Shown in pieces: positions 51,631 through 63,421 of a stretch of DNA of 64,000 bases. The first letter of the stretch is position 1. Every line of letters begins with the position of its first letter. The DNA is taken from assembly GCA_951406725.2 (NCBI GenBank), contig OX597814.1:70742001-70806000 (forward strand). Reading direction: 5' to 3'. This stretch comes from Octopus vulgaris (Eukaryota). A program made the translations under genes and the position numbers. The notes under the pieces were generated by a model. The model saw only the letters and a list, made by a program, of their open reading frames with translations, searched no databases and was not told the origin of the DNA.

Positions 51631-52437
51631 TGGTCTATTGACCAACCGATACAGCTTGGCACTTGTGACATCGCAAATGACTTGAGAAAATTAATGCTAC
51701 TTTCGTCAGAGCCATTTCTGAAAATAACATGCAGAGCACTTGAGGAATGACTGTTGTGTGGGGAAGGAGAGGGAAGATTGGAATGTCGCGTGTATACGAT
51801 TAGTATTAGAATTGGATGTAGAACCGTATCCTTCATGTTATTCGGATTTTTATCGAGATGGTGAATTATCTTCAATCGTCTGTTATCATGTAGTAGATAA
51901 GATATTCAAGTCTGCAACAAATATAATCTTTTCTTTAAATTCGGGTCTGCTTAGAGCCTCGTTATAGTAATGAGCATGGTGTTAAAAAATTTCCTTGTCA
52001 GATAATTTTATTAGAAACACCTTTGATTACACGATAAATTACGTTTTCCACAATAAGTTCTGCTAACGTAATTCAAATTTTCATCGGGTTTATGAAATGG
52101 ATTGAAAGATAGACGCGTATTTAATTCTAAAGTAACATCAAAACACTTAGCTATTTTAAGGTTGTTCTCTACAGGGATCTCTATACCAAAGTTTTAAAAA
52201 ATCTTAATTTCTTCCTCGTTCTTTCTATTTCTACCTTACTTGAGTTGCAAATTGAGAAAAGTGCATCATTTCTATCAAGACCACCCGAAAAATTTGGTAA
52301 ATCGTCTTATAGACAATGCACGATATACACTCCCACCGCATCGTTTACTTGTGCTGAGTCACTGGCTCCCGAAGTAATGTCGAAGTTGTTTACCCTATTT
52401 TATCCTAGCCCAAACCTAACCATCAAATTCAATTGCT

Positions 52438-52740
52438 GAGACCCCCTTCAGTCATGACTGACCGTGGGATTGCACCTAGAAAGTTACCCTCCCAAGCACA
52501 AGTCTCGGCAAATTTGTTTATGGAAGACCAGCAGTCACCCATGCATACCGGCCTCCCCTCTCCACACCACCAATGTTATCCAAGGGAAAGGCAACGGCCG
52601 ATACAGCTTGGCACCTGTGACGTCGCAAATCATTTCTGCAGCTGAGTGAACTTGAGCAACGTGAAATAAAGTGTTTTGCTCAAGAACACAACACGCAGCC
52701 CGGTCCGGGATTCGAACTCAATCTCACGATCGTAAGCTCT
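52438..52740 (-). mobile_element. tRNA-derived SINE (third family)
   Basis: Minus strand gagttcgaatcccgg B-box, gtgttcttgagcaaaacacttt core. Confidence 0.65.
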
Positions 52741-52949
52741 AGAATAATGTCTACTTCAGATGAAGCTGAGTTCTTCATGGCGAAGATTAAAGATTTATTT
52801 AACAGTATAGGAGAAATAATAACAATGTGTATCAACTTGTTGGAAGTTATAATTATGTTTATCCTGAACCATGAACCGCTTTATCACTTTGATAGTATTT
52901 ATCCAGAAGTGGAATCTAGATTTGAGAAAAAAGAGTAGGAATAATATTG

Positions 52950-53165
52950 GTTTTAAATATTGGCACGAGGCCAGCAACTTCGGAGAAGGGTGTAAACCGA
53001 TTAGATCAATCCCAGTGCTCAACTGGTATTTATTTTATCGACCCCGAGAGGATGAAGGGTAAAGTCGAACTCGACAGAATTTGAACTCAGAACGTAACGA
53101 CAGACAAAATGCCGCTAAGTATTTTACCTGACATGCTTACGATTCTGCCCGCTCGCTTCCTTAAG
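52950..53165 (-). mobile_element. Meta-like tRNA SINE
   Basis: Homologous to 33070-33460. Confidence 0.7.
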
Positions 53166-53495
53166 AGCATTAACAAGAATTTTTTACTTAACGCCTTATG
53201 TCATACTTCAAGAGCCAGATGAGTCTGGCAGTGGGACTGTCACCAAAATTATCCTTATGGCCCTAAAAGTTAATTCTAAGGGTATTCACAACTTAGTTTC
53301 ACTTAGTGTGTATGTGTGTTTGTGAGCGCATGCATGCGTATGTGTCTTTGTGTTATAAACAACATTACGGGATGTTGTTATACCCCACCAGACACAATGC
53401 ACTTTTTTCAGGCGTTGTATGTTTGAATGATGCCACTCCATTGGCTAGGTGGACAGGCCTTCTCCTAAAATCTCTGGGCTAGTGCCAAAATTTGA

Positions 53496-53545
<50 letters not shown>

Positions 53546-53634
53546 TGATTGATTGATTGATTGATTCTAGTTTCAGCTTATGAGCTGTGGCCATGCAGGG
53601 GGACCGCCATTTGGTGTTGCTACTTGGTTTCACT

Positions 53635-56600
53635 TCATGGAGGCTTTCTAGCAACTGCTATTTGGTGCATGAGAGAGTTCGATGCAGCTGCCCTCATCTG
53701 CCCCTCCTGCCGTGAAGTTGGTTCATCTGGGACACCTGACAGGAAGAGATCCAGCTTCATTTTAAAGACATCTGTATCCACCCCATGCAGGTCTCTCAGG
53801 TTCTTCGGGAGGATATTGAAGAGCTGTGGGCCTCGGAAGCCCAGGCTATCACAGAATCTTGTCCTACATCTTGATGGCAGGTTTGGAGTCCTAGGCACCA
53901 CGCAGTGGCGCCCAGTTCTGGCATTTGCGTAACTCTCGATGCCAAAGTTCAGGACACTTCCCTCCAGGATCTTCCAGATGTATATTATGGCATATCTTTC
54001 CCGCCTACGCTCCAGGGAATATAATTTTAATCTCTTGAGTCTTTCCCAGTAGCTTACATTCTGCATAGAGGCTATCTTCTTTGTGTAGCTTCGTTGGATC
54101 GCCGCAAGTTCTGTGATCAACTTGACACTGGATGGTGACCATAGCTGAGAGCAATAGTCAAAGTGGCTTAGGACAAGTGTCTTCCAGAGGACCATCATGG
54201 TTTCTTGTTCTCTTGTTCTAAAGGTTCTAAGAATCCATCCAGCCAGCCGTCTACATTTCATTGTCAGTTTAGCAACATGTACATGAAAGGTCGCGTCATC
54301 ACTCATGTGAATACCCAGGTCATGCACTGATTGTGCCTCTGGGATTGCAATCCCTCCGGGTCCAGTGTATTCATTGGGTATTGCATTCAGTTTTGCATGC
54401 TGATAGTATAAAGCTTGAAACTTTCCAGCATTGAACTGCATGCTATTCTTTTCAGCCCACTTGTATATTTCGTCCAGCTCACATTGCAGGTGTTTAGTGT
54501 CCTCAGGGTTCTGTATTGCCTGTGAAACTTTTGTATCATCTGCATAACTTGTGATCGTGGCTCTCTGCGTGGCTGAGGGCATGTCTGAGAGGGCCATTAT
54601 GAACAGTAGTGGTCCCAGAACAGTGCCCTGCGGAACACCGCTCACTATTTGTGTGTTAATGGAGGTGGCCCCATTGGCTACTACCACCTGACTTCTATCC
54701 TTCAGAAAGTCATGAAGCCATTCTCCCAGTTTTCCAACTATGTTGAGATCACGCAGTTTGTGACATATCATTCCATGATCGACTTTATCAAAGGCCTTTG
54801 CAAAGTCGAGATATATCACTTCCACATTTGAGTGGTTGAGCAGCCGTTTCAGCACCCAGTCATAGTGTTGTAGGAGCTGAGTTAAACAGCTTCTCCCTGG
54901 TCGGAAACCATGTTGGGTGTCGGGCAGCAAGTCATTCTCTTCAAGGAAGGTGATCAGCTTCCTTCTGACTATTCGTTCCATGACCTTGCTGATGTGTGAG
55001 GTCAGAGAGATAGGTCTATAGTTCTTGGCCTCCGCTCTGCTACCTCCTTTATGAATGGGGCATATTTTACCTTCCTTCAGTTTTCCTGGAAGTTTGCCAG
55101 CTGCAAGGAAGCTCTGAAAGAGGAACTGCAGTGGTCTTGCTAGGACTCTCTTACATGCTTTTAGGAGGATTGCCGGGAATCCATCGGGGCCAGTAGCTGA
55201 GTCTGTTTTCATTTCATCTATAGCCTTGGTTACATCGTCTTCCTTTATATCGATGTAATCTATCGTCGCCGCCTCTGATTTTATATCTGCAGTGGTAAAA
55301 AAGTCAGTTGGATTGGTGATTTGGAGATGCCCAAGGGGTGGAGTGAAAACACTCTTGAATTGCTCATTCAGTATTTCACTTACCCTCATTGGTTTTCCTG
55401 TAAGTGTGCCATCCTTTTCGAGGAGTGGCCCTATTCTACAGTGCACTGTAGCTGTTTCTTTGGCATACCTGTAGAAAGCTCTGGGGTTAGATTTTATGTT
55501 TTCTATAGCCCAGGCTTCTTTGTCTGCTCTTTCTTTTTCATGGGAGAGTTGCAGACATTTTTTGATTTCCAACAGTTTTATTTTTAGGCGGGACTTTTCA
55601 CTGCTTTCAATCTGTTTGTTTAGGCGATTTGAAAATTTCGTACGCCGTCTCATTAGAATTTTCCTCTCTCTGGGGATTTTGTTCTTGTGTACAGTGGCCT
55701 TTCTCTCTGGGACACATTTGTAGCATATGGCTTGCATTACAGACATGAATTGTTGAAGTTTCCCGTCGATGTCTGGCGAGGAGAGACATTTAGGCCAGTT
55801 TTGTTTGAGGATCTCTTTCTCAATTTGTTTCCAGTTTGCCTTATGGTAGTTCAAGCTGGAAAGATTTTGAGGGTTTCTTGTAGGCTGCATGTCCGTGCTC
55901 TCTTTTGGCCCGTACATGGTCAGCTCTATCATGTTGTGATCCGAGAGTAGTGTCGGTGTCACTTTCACATTATGGATGAGATCCATATTATTTGTGAAGC
56001 AGAGATCCAGTGTGTTACCTGCCCTGGTTGGTTGGAGTATTACCTGCTCCATGTACAGGGTGTTGATGAGGTTCAGGAGGGACCTCGCCTGTCCTCGTTC
56101 ACATCTTGTCATTCCTGGGAGAGAAAGGCCCTCGGGCCATCTGACATTGGGCAGATTGAAGTCTCCCATAAGAAGCACACCTATGTGTTGTTCTAATGTG
56201 GTTAGAATTTCTTCTATTTTTATAAGGCAGTCTTCAAACTTGCCCACATGGCTTGGGGCATCTGGAGGGCGATATGTAGCACACACAACTACATCAAGTT
56301 GCCTAATATGTACAATTAGTGTGTCACACACCGAGTTTGAGTATGACAAGAGGACCTGGGGTGTGAGGTCCTCACGGATGTACATAGCAACACCTCCATG
56401 ACTCCTTTCTTTCCTGTCGGTCCGTAGTACAGCATACTGTGGTATGTGTAACTCCGCATCTGCTATGTCCGGTTTCAGGTGCGTTTCTGTAAGTGCTATG
56501 CATAAGGCTTGATTGCATGCAACAAAGTCTCTCAGGAACGGGATCTTTGTCCTGTTACTGAGTGTTTGCAGTCCTCTGATGTTCAGTAGGAGTATCGAGG

Positions 56601-56706
56601 TGAGGTGTACGTTGTTGCCGGCGGTGTCATCCTGTGTCTGTTTGCTGTGGTGGTCTGGTATATAGTGGGTAGTCCCACCTGCGGGCTTGGGTTTGATGAA
56701 GCCAGG
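53635..56706 (-). CDS. LINE ORF2, APE endonuclease + reverse transcriptase, uninterrupted
   Basis: 916-aa track ORF extends upstream in frame (LLLNIRGL...ALTETHL...HGGVAMY) to a TGA at 56707-56709; all APE and RT motifs are present. Confidence 0.95.
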   Translation of the reverse strand, partial: PGFIKPKPAGGTTHYIPDHHSKQTQDDTAGNNVHLTSILLLNIRGLQTLSNRTKIPFLRDFVACNQALCIALTETHLKPDIADAELHIPQYAVLRTDRKERSHGGVAMYIREDLTPQVLLSYSNSVCDTLIVHIRQLDVVVCATYRPPDAPSHVGKFEDCLIKIEEILTTLEQHIGVLLMGDFNLPNVRWPEGLSLPGMTRCERGQARSLLNLINTLYMEQVILQPTRAGNTLDLCFTNNMDLIHNVKVTPTLLSDHNMIELTMYGPKESTDMQPTRNPQNLSSLNYHKANWKQIEKEILKQNWPKCLSSPDIDGKLQQFMSVMQAICYKCVPERKATVHKNKIPRERKILMRRRTKFSNRLNKQIESSEKSRLKIKLLEIKKCLQLSHEKERADKEAWAIENIKSNPRAFYRYAKETATVHCRIGPLLEKDGTLTGKPMRVSEILNEQFKSVFTPPLGHLQITNPTDFFTTADIKSEAATIDYIDIKEDDVTKAIDEMKTDSATGPDGFPAILLKACKRVLARPLQFLFQSFLAAGKLPGKLKEGKICPIHKGGSRAEAKNYRPISLTSHISKVMERIVRRKLITFLEENDLLPDTQHGFRPGRSCLTQLLQHYDWVLKRLLNHSNVEVIYLDFAKAFDKVDHGMICHKLRDLNIVGKLGEWLHDFLKDRSQVVVANGATSINTQIVSGVPQGTVLGPLLFIMALSDMPSATQRATITSYADDTKVSQAIQNPEDTKHLQCELDEIYKWAEKNSMQFNAGKFQALYYQHAKLNAIPNEYTGPGGIAIPEAQSVHDLGIHMSDDATFHVHVAKLTMKCRRLAGWILRTFRTREQETMMVLWKTLVLSHFDYCSQLWSPSSVKLITELAAIQRSYTKKIASMQNVSYWERLKRLKLYSLERRRERYAIIYIWKILEGSVLNFGIESYANARTGRHCVVPRTPNLPSRCRTRFCDSLGFRGPQLFNILPKNLRDLHGVDTDVFKMKLDLFLSGVPDEPTSRQEGQMRAAASNSLMHQIAVARKPP

Positions 56707-57493
56707 TCAGCTGCTGTACAATCTTTTGTGCCATGCACAAAAAAGATTGTTGCTCAGCAGCTGCTCTTTCGACAACATCATGTTGGCTGTTTGTGGCGCG
56801 CACAACATCTGCGTACCTCCGCTTTGGGGCAGGTGGTGCGTAGTCCATCCCTTTTCTTTGTGTTGATGGTTTGTCCATCTGCCTCGTGTCTCTGTGGCAG
56901 GGTCCCCGATGTGCAAAGCGGCAGCCTGCACCTTCCTTTCCGTGCCAGCAGGAACCTCTCAGGTAGAACATACACACCCGTGTGCGCTGTTTGGTTCCAT
57001 CCTTTGCGGTTCCACTTCTATTCCTGGTTGTTTCACTCTTTGGTCCTGCTTGAGCTTTTTCTTTTCCTTTAGCTCTTCCAGTCCTTCTTTTAGTTCTTCT
57101 TCCTCCCTCTACCTCTTCACTGGGTTCTCCGTCTCCATGGCCCTTGCTGCCGGTTGGAGAACTTGCACCTGGGTTCACTTCCCGGGCAGGTTTCTCATTC
57201 AAAACCTCCTCCTGGGCGTCCACCAGGTGGGGGTGACTTCTTTCATCGTCTCCATTCTTGCCATCTTTGCCCCGCTCGTTCTCAAAGATGGCATCAAGTG
57301 CGCCAATGTGCGACCGTACAAGCGCATATGAGCGCACGAATTCCTGTCTCTTTCGCTCCATCTGAGCCGCTGTCCTCTTGTAGCCTCTGCTCTTCAGCGC
57401 AGCCGCAATCACCTCGCTAGGGCTATCTCCGCCGGCGCACTCCCATGCTCGTACGAATAAATCCAGCTCGTCATGTCTCCATGCTCTGGACAT
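56627..57493 (-). CDS. LINE ORF1, 288 aa: N-terminal Myb/SANT (trihelix-like) domain and CCCH zinc finger
   Basis: W...E...FVRAW...IAAALKSRGYKRTAAQMERK...Y; CMFYLRGSCWHGKEGAGCRFAH. Confidence 0.8.
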   Translation of the reverse strand: MSRAWRHDELDLFVRAWECAGGDSPSEVIAAALKSRGYKRTAAQMERKRQEFVRSYALVRSHIGALDAIFENERGKDGKNGDDERSHPHLVDAQEEVLNEKPAREVNPGASSPTGSKGHGDGEPSEEVEGGRRTKRRTGRAKGKEKAQAGPKSETTRNRSGTAKDGTKQRTRVCMFYLRGSCWHGKEGAGCRFAHRGPCHRDTRQMDKPSTQRKGMDYAPPAPKRRYADVVRATNSQHDVVERAAAEQQSFLCMAQKIVQQLTWLHQTQARRWDYPLYTRPPQQTDTG

Positions 57494-57539
57494 GCTGGAT
57501 AATCCGTCTATCCGTTTATCTATCTAATTATGTTCGAGA

Positions 57540-58452
57540 GAAGACAGGAAGATATTAAGGCTAATTAGAAGATAGAGTACTTGAAAAAGAAATATTAACA
57601 ATATTAAAGTTTGTGTAAAAACGTTATTTGGGTAAAAACGTTATTTAATCTTAAGGCTAATTAGGAGATAGAGTATCTGAAAATATATTAGCAATATTAA
57701 TATTATATTAGAGTGTGGGTAAAAAACGTTATTTAATCTTAAGGCTAATTTGGAGATAGAGTATCTGAAAATATATTAGCAATATTAATATTATATTAGA
57801 GTGTGGGTAATATTAAACGTTATTTAATTTAATCTTAAGGCTAATTAGAAGACAGAGTATCTGAAAAATTATATATACAATATTAAGCAATATTAACCAT
57901 TATTTAATTTAATCTTAAGGCTAATTAGACGTTATTAATATTAAACGTTATTTAATTTAATCTTAAGGCTAATTAGAAGATAGAGTATCTGAAAATATAT
58001 TAGCAATATTAATATTATATTAGAGTGTGGATAAAAACGTTATTTAATCTTAAGGCTAATCAGGAGATAGAGTATCTGAAAATATATTAGCAATATTAAT
58101 ATTATATTAGAGTGTGGGTAATATTAAACGTTATTTAATTTAATCTTAAGGCTAATTAGAAGACAGAGTATCTGAAAAATTATATATACAATATTAAGCA
58201 ATATTAACCGTTATTTAATTTAATCTTAAGGCTAATTAGACGTTATTAATATTAAACGTTATTTAATTTAATCTTAAGGCTAATTAGAAGATAGAGTATC
58301 TGAAAATATATTAGCAATATTAATATTATATTAGAGTGTGGATAAAAACGTTATTTAATCTTAAGGCTAATCAGGAGATAGAGTATCTGAAAATATATTA
58401 GCAATGTTAATATTATATTAGAGTGTGGGTAATATTAAACGTTATTTAATTT
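57540..58452. repeat. Tandem array of ~55-95-bp monomers with ~311-bp higher-order period
   Basis: About 11 copies of cttaaggctaat; gtgtggataaaaacg at 58025 and 58336. Confidence 0.9.
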
Positions 58453-58920
58453 ATATATATATATTCACATACATATATATCTATTTATACACATATATGC
58501 ATATATTTACACCCACGCATGCACGCACACACACAAACACACACACAATAATGAATCACAAAAGAATATCATTTATATAATTATATTCGTTTGCTTACGG
58601 CCGTTTCAGCAAAGAGAATAAAATAATATTTTATAATGAGTACTGCTGCATATATGCGCAACAACCACAGACATATATATGTTTATATATGTGCATAAGT
58701 GTGCCTGTGTATTGTGTATGTACGAATGTATGTATGTGTATGTGAATTTTTCATTTTATTATTTTATTTTCTCACCATGAGCATACAGGTAACCATCTTG
58801 AAGGGTTTAGTCGATAATCTCGATCCCTGTACATTTATTAAATGTGGTGCTTATTTCATCAGTGCCTGCCATTTTTTCAAGGGTGCTGGATTACAGGGAC
58901 GCAAACAGACCCACATGTGT

Positions 58921-59190
58921 ATATTGGGCTGTCAGATAAATTCGTTTGTGTTCTTCCAGCTATTTCAATCTTTACTTTTCATCAATAATTTGAACAAATC
59001 ACTCAAAAGTATTTTCTCCTTCATTGTTCACGACTCCTTGCTAACGTTCCAGAAACTTGTGAATGCTTGAAAGTATAAAACCCTCGGGTCTTGATTCGAA
59101 GAATTCATTGAGCCATGTTTTCAGCTCCTCGTTGTTGTTAAAGGTAACGCCTTCAAGACTGTTGGGGAGCTACCGATAAAGGTGATAACC
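58921..59190 (-). pseudogene. Mariner transposase C-terminal remnant with TIR
   Basis: NSLEGVTFNNNEELKTWLNEFFESRPEGFY; tattgggctgtc terminus. Confidence 0.7.
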
Positions 59191-60538
59191 ATTATTTTGT
59201 TAATGGTGGATAAAATGTGTGTAGAGCGCAAAACTATATTTATGCAAATATCATCAACAGACATTCGCGCACTGACATATGTATATGTTATATGCAAATA
59301 TATAAAGAAAACCTTCTGAACAATTAAAATAAGCATTAGAAAATTTTACTTCCGAACCTCTATGTAATCGATACTTGATAAAATGAGCGTCAAACCATGT
59401 AACAAGCAAAAAAACAATGATTTTATTAAATATTTAGTGAGACTGAACTAGTGGTGTGACAGAAGATATTAATAGGAATGATATTTATTCTAAGAGATGA
59501 GGAAGAAAAGAGCGTGTGCACTATAGTTAGGAGTTAGTCAGTTGGGGAGAAATTTGAAAAGTAAAACATGATTACTTGAAAGCTCTTGCTGGATGTCTCA
59601 TATAAGCAAATGTAATGGATGGAACTTATAATAATGGTAAATAGACATTTAAAAGTTTTTATCAAACGATACAGAAGAATAAAAGTAAACTTGTGATGAC
59701 GAGGTACGGTCGTATTGGTCCGAACTCAAAAAGTAGTGCCCGGAGAATTTTTGTGTTTATGAGCATTATATACCATAATGTGCTCATAACCCATTTGCAT
59801 ACGTAAATCAAAGAATTTCTTACAGCAGTTTAATACAAATGTATCTACGGAAACCGGTATATTATGGGGATCCACCAGAAACCAGTCTCTGCTCAATGAA
59901 TGTGATACGTTTACAATGGTTTCTAATGTACGCTCGAAGTATTGTAACATGAGAAATCGAACAGAAATTATGAAGTGTGTGTGTGATAAAGTTGACAGTA
60001 GCTAAACTGAATGCCATACGTGATAAATATCTAGTTTATTAAAATTTCGCTCGCGAATTGGGAAGATCTAGTAGTTTCACGTTGAATCAACTATGTTTAA
60101 GGACAGTTGTGGACATGTCTTTCAACCACAATTTCACTTCATTGGCATAACATTGTATTTATAGTCTTCACAGTTTTCGTCAACCAAATTACGCCCGAAG
60201 TATTGGTAAGATCCGAGGTGATGCTAGAAAACACTTCTCCAAGGTTACGCACATTAAGAAGGAATTTGTAAACGCATGACTTCGAAGTGAACCACACAGA
60301 TGCGCTACGTCTCAGTCTGGTCTTGGAACACTTTGCACACTCCACTGTGCATGCAGACTCCCTAGTCTTCATCATGGGACGCACATGAATATATTCTTTT
60401 GAAATTATCCCTTGAAAATATAAATTATAAATTAGTCTTCAATAATATCAAGAAATTTCAAAAATGCCGGAGAAATACTTATCAAATTCAAATTATTCTA
60501 GTTTGCTATTTTTCTATCCTCATAGTTCTTATGTCTTT

Positions 60539-60579
<41 letters not shown>

Positions 60580-62169
60580 GTATGTGTGTGTGTGTATGTA
60601 TGTATGTATGTATGTGTGTATGACAGTATTTACTCTTTTTGTTCATTTTCTGCAATAAAATTATATGGTTTCACAAAGTTTTTTTTTTTCTGTAATAGAA
60701 TTTACAGTTTAACTGTCAAAATGTCAAAGAAAAATCGATTTCATAATTTCGTAATGAACTGAACAAAATTATGTAAATTGTAAATTTTCTTGTCGCTCAA
60801 TTTGCTTTGATTTGTAGACGGTTTTAAGGAAGCTCTCATAATGCCATTTCAGACTATCTCACCATCTAGAGACTAATTTATCACCAATTTTAGAAAAGTT
60901 TCTAATCTGATTTGATACAATTAAATTTTTTGTAAGAAAACGTTCAATACATTCTCAACTCCAGAATAAGAAATAGCAAAGCTACATAAATGGTTTAAAT
61001 TGAGTTTCTTCGATGAGAGAAAATATGAGTTATTTATTATAAAATTGACAGTTTGATGCAGAATCAGAATTTTCTCTTACGCAAGAACTAACAGCACATT
61101 TCAATATAAGATCTAAATTTCAATGTAGAATGAAACCAAAAACTTTGATAGATTTAAATGTTTTAAATCTATTTTCAACTAGTCTAAGTATCTTGAAGGT
61201 TTCAGCCTGTACAAGTTACATTGTAATTCAAACATATTTAAGATTTGGAAAATGCATTTTACTAGGTATATAGATAAATGTGTATCACCTTTAAAGTTAT
61301 TGGCACGGCTTTTCAAGGCTGTCTACATACCCGCCAGGGACATTCAATCAGTAGAAGAAAATCACCCGTTATGTTTCATCATTTAAAACGATACATATAT
61401 ATGTGAACAATTATTTTTATGCAATGTGTAACTGGTTCTCGTTTCAGGCTAACAATAGATACATTCTATAGTATGTGTCTTGTAAAAATAACTTAATTTT
61501 ATGCAAATACGGAAACGCTATCATAAAGTGAAATTCTGATTTCAAGACACTCATCTCTGATACCGAAATATTTAAAGACTGAATAAAATCAAGATTTTAG
61601 AATAGTTTTAAATCTCAACTTCACTATTTCCTTCTGACAGAAAAATAGGTATAAAGAATCCACATATTCTTCTATGTGTGAAATACTGAATTTTTTTTGT
61701 TGCCGTCACAGTTTTGAAATTTCAAAATTAGGTGAAAATTTTCAAGTATGGTATATTGATGTAATTTTCCCCGTTGAATCTGATTTTGTTATTCAAATGT
61801 TTCAGAAAAATTTTAGAAAAATGTTTCAGCGGTTTAAAGTTTGATCATTTATACCCAATCAGAAAACAAGATTTGGAAGCTGGTATTTTCTGCGTGATTG
61901 CTGTCTAGCACAACATTACAACGACAAGATTTTATTAAATAAATTCCGACAACGAAAGTTGGAAGAAGTTTTGAGGTTTAATAAGTTTAAAGTGACTAGT
62001 CATGTGGAACATTAGAATAGGCAGAATAAAAAGGAAAAATCCTCAATGAAGTCTTTTTGGCGAAAACTTACAAAAATACGAACTGTTCGTTAAATTACAA
62101 AAAGAAACAAAAAATTGTTCGTTATACCACTGTAGCTCAGTTCATATAAACAATTAATACATTATTTTT

Positions 62170-62570
62170 GTAGCGAAAATTCAAAACCGAAAGTTTGAGA
62201 TGCACTCTTGGAGTTTCTCAACCAAATTACAATTTTCGTATTTCCTGCGCCACATAAACTCGCAATACGAGTCAAGCATAAACCGGACTGAAGTTAATTC
62301 CTTGACGTATGAGTAAAGGAAAGACAGTATAGTCCTAAGAGTAAGAGTGCCACCTTCCAACTATGTATCTTTTCTGACAGACACACACTCGTTTCAACTT
62401 CTTCGGGAGCACCGCCAGTAAATTTTCCCATAAAGCTTCTTCTTATATAATGTCTCTTTGAACATAATTTTCTGTCAGGAATAACACCTTTCTCTTGCAA
62501 GAAAGGAACCACATCCTCCTATGTTTTCAATTTCTCTATCATACTCGAAAGGTTAAATGAGTTGGCTGTG
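62170..62570 (-). pseudogene. Merlin/ISXO2-like transposase remnant, internally deleted
   Basis: FLQEKGVIPDRKLC near the N-terminus joined to LDSYCEFMWRRKY. Confidence 0.6.
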
Positions 62571-63001
62571 ATCATACTTTTTTTAGGTTGAAAACATCCA
62601 ACAAAATACACAGTTTAAAATTATTAAAATTAGGTAGTGACCGAAGAGCAACCGAAATATTTTTATGGCTTTTGAGTGGCTAATATTACCCAAAATTTGC
62701 AAATTTTAAAAAGCTATTTTTATTTATCAATTTACGGAGCAAACACATTTCATTTTCATAATTAGCATACAAAACTACATCAGAATTTGAAATTTTTGGG
62801 GATAATCTTGCTGAGTCGTATCTACGGTTAAATTGGATTTGGTTCCTACATGCAGTAAACTACCAACACATGATGCCTCATGATCGTTTTACTTCAATTT
62901 GGACGCTATGGTATGGTACCTGGCCAGTTCTGGCGTCCTACGTGTCCACACACACACACACACACACACATACATGCATAAATGAAAAAAATCATAATTA
63001 T

Positions 63002-63180
63002 GGAATGGAGTAGATAAAATCCAGGCTAAATATTTCATAGCTAGTAGATCCCTGGAAGTAGTAATTACCCAAACGAGGGGTAATCCGCTCGCTACTCGTC
63101 GGGCCAAAGGTACCTTAATCAGATGAAGTTTAAATTGTCGTCAAGGGATCCCATGTTAACTCAAAGGAGATTTGATCGAT

Positions 63181-63217
<37 letters not shown>

Positions 63218-63421
63218 ACACACACACATGTAAAATTCCAAACGTTCAAATCTTCTGTGAATTAACATGGGATCCCTTGACAACAATGTAGACATCATTT
63301 GATTAAAGTGTCTTTGGCCCGATGAGTAGCGAGCGGATTGTCCTCGTTTGGGTAATTACTACTTTCGAGGTTCTGCTAGCTATAAAACACATGTAGCCTG
63401 GATTTTATCTACTTCATCCCC
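63002..63421. mobile_element. MITE-like fold-back element, ~180-bp diverged TIRs around (CA)n
   Basis: gtagataaaatccaggcta...gggatcccatgttaa versus ttaacatgggatccc...tagcctggattttatctac. Confidence 0.8.

Larger units (their letters stand above)
53543..58450 (-). mobile_element. Full-length CR1-group LINE (5' repeat array, ORF1, ORF2, short 3' UTR, (TCAA)n tail), flanked by (TA)n
   Basis: Two intact ORFs plus tail; inclusion of the 5' array is inferred from adjacency. Confidence 0.9.

Noticed and set aside
57540-58452. CRISPR-like repeat/spacer appearance
   Set aside because: The intervening sequences are themselves repeated, there are no cas genes and the context is eukaryotic
58590-58665. 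HHR on minus strand (GAAAC ggcc GTA)
   Set aside because: CUGANGA box is absent; at most a dead remnant
59700-60390. Short ORFs as possible host exons or a hAT remnant
   Set aside because: No recognisable motifs or convincing splice structure
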